A DNA stretch of 63,156 bases, counting the filler, from Olpidium bornovanus S191 (lineage: Eukaryota; Fungi; Olpidiomycota), in assembly GCA_017911155.1 (NCBI GenBank). It is 27 parts of 27 records of this genome, joined end to end, with 100 filler letters (N's around TTAATTAATTAA, not from the genome) between each part and the next. Parts side by side here need not be neighbours in the genome. Positions count along the whole stretch, not along the records: positions 60,992 to 62,055 come from JAEFCI010002625.1; positions 62,156 to 63,156 come from JAEFCI010007064.1; 25 more parts are not named here. One strand, given 5' to 3'. A program made the position numbers and the translations under genes. Positions 61,886 to 63,156 of this stretch are shown piece by piece; the first letter of the stretch is position 1, and every line of letters begins with the position of its first letter. Below the pieces are notes generated by a model. It had not been told where the DNA came from and made no database searches. It was given only the letters and a program-made list of their open reading frames with translations.

Positions 61886-63156
61886 CGCAGGTGCGCCGCC
61901 GGTCGCAACGGAAAAAGTCCCGGGGGTTTCTTTGCATGTTCCGTCGAAGAACATAGAGAGTTCAAAATGTTGAATGAACATCCGGTAGACCACCATCGCG
62001 CCGAGGAACTGCCGGAGCTCCCGCACCGTCCAACACGGACCAATATTGCAGACACNNNNNNNNNNNNNNNNNNNNNNNNNNNNNNNNNNNNNNNNNNNNT
62101 TAATTAATTAANNNNNNNNNNNNNNNNNNNNNNNNNNNNNNNNNNNNNNNNNNNNCCATGATCGCCTGAGGAACCAGCGTGTTGGCGCGTCGCAGAACTC
62201 GGGTGGTGCAGACGTAGGCACAGGACCGGAAAACCGCCGCCTTAAGCGCGCGGTACTCTATGTGCTAGGCGCTTGCCGAAGCAGGTGTCCAGTGGCAGGG
62301 AGACTCCACTTACAGTTTCGGTTGCCAAGGTTTCAACCGCGGCGATGCGAGCGGAGTCCGCGCACTCGACTGCACGACCACCCCGGCACCACCGTTCAAG
62401 TGAGCTCAGCGAGCGGTCAACCAGGGCGGAGGGCCAGCCTAGCCTGTCGAAAGCAAAGGTGCCGAACAGCGGCGGTGCGAGGTGCCGGCAGACCAAGTGG
62501 ATCCGTTCGCTCAGCGCCGTTCCTAGTCGGGGTACCTGGAGCACCGTTTCCAACGCCTCTCCGCTCCCATCGCGTCCGCAGGATCGGAGGCGAATGTGGT
62601 CATGCTTGTGGGCTCTTTTGGAGAAGGACAAAAACCTTCCGGAACACCGGCGACAACGAACACTCTTAAAGCCCCCTCAGGCAACGGTGATGGTCACGAC
62701 GCCAACGGGCGACTACTTCTGCATTCTCGCGCGTCTCCTCCAGGAAGGGAGCCGGCGTTCGCAGTTCACCCCGTGAAAGGCAATCCGGGCACCACTCCTC
62801 TTTTCTACGAGCAAACCAATTCAGGGTTATGCAAGCGGCCCAGACCGCTGAAGACAGGCGTCGCAATGTTGCCAGCAACAACCCTGAGTATTCTCATCCG
62901 GGAGAAAACCGTTGTTTAGGAGAATAGTCAAAGCGAAGAAGCTGCGTGCGTAAGTTGCTGCGCGAAGATGTCCTTCCAATTAAAGGTGGAACCGATTACA
63001 GAGAAGCATACTAAGCCGCCGCGTGCGGCACTGAGACCACGCGTCTCAGGAAAACTGAGGGTGCTCCAACGCCGTGAGGCCTGGTACAGCCACATATTTT
63101 ACGGCGCTGACTTAGAGAATGAATGACTTGCCGTGCTGTTGGTTTCACTTTCATGA

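Noticed and set aside
62156-63156. Short ORFs on the last contig
   Set aside because: No recognisable motif, splice structure or codon bias, so I cannot support a call.

Overview
This window is not contiguous DNA. It is about 27 short contigs (1.0-5.9 kb) joined by an artificial 100-nt spacer (N44-TTAATTAATTAA-N44), so neighbours across spacers are not linked. The sequence is eukaryotic, GC-rich and intron-rich (GT-AG). It fits a flagellated, early-diverging fungus: it has SPAG6/PF16 and an ASH-repeat ciliary protein alongside fungal-type TAF9, SEM1, BYE1-like, NPR3, THI20-like, URA6, dynein light intermediate chain and NoxD-like genes. An Olpidium-like organism is my inference only. Also present are one tRNA-Gly(GCC) and many LTR retrotransposon remnants (copia RT/RNase H, gypsy/chromovirus pol, gag fragments). 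The best finding is a complete 366-bp miniature LTR element (TRIM) at 25792-26157. Each of its two 133-bp LTRs carries a 74-nt tRNA-like Pol III cassette, and it has a half-tRNA-iMet primer site, a polypurine tract and a near-perfect 5-bp TSD. This is a tRNA analogue of Cassandra, matching what I recall as the Helenus/TRIMp3 class, and it sits 48 bp from a copia 5' LTR with the same primer type. Other highlights are a plant-Bianca-like copia (gag plus half-tRNA-Ile PBS), two GC-array solo LTRs with 4-bp TSDs nested in one chromovirus pol, a NoxD/p22phox gene with an animal-like N-terminus, and strong enrichment of CATG at contig ends. All alignments and counts were done by eye; no database searches were run.
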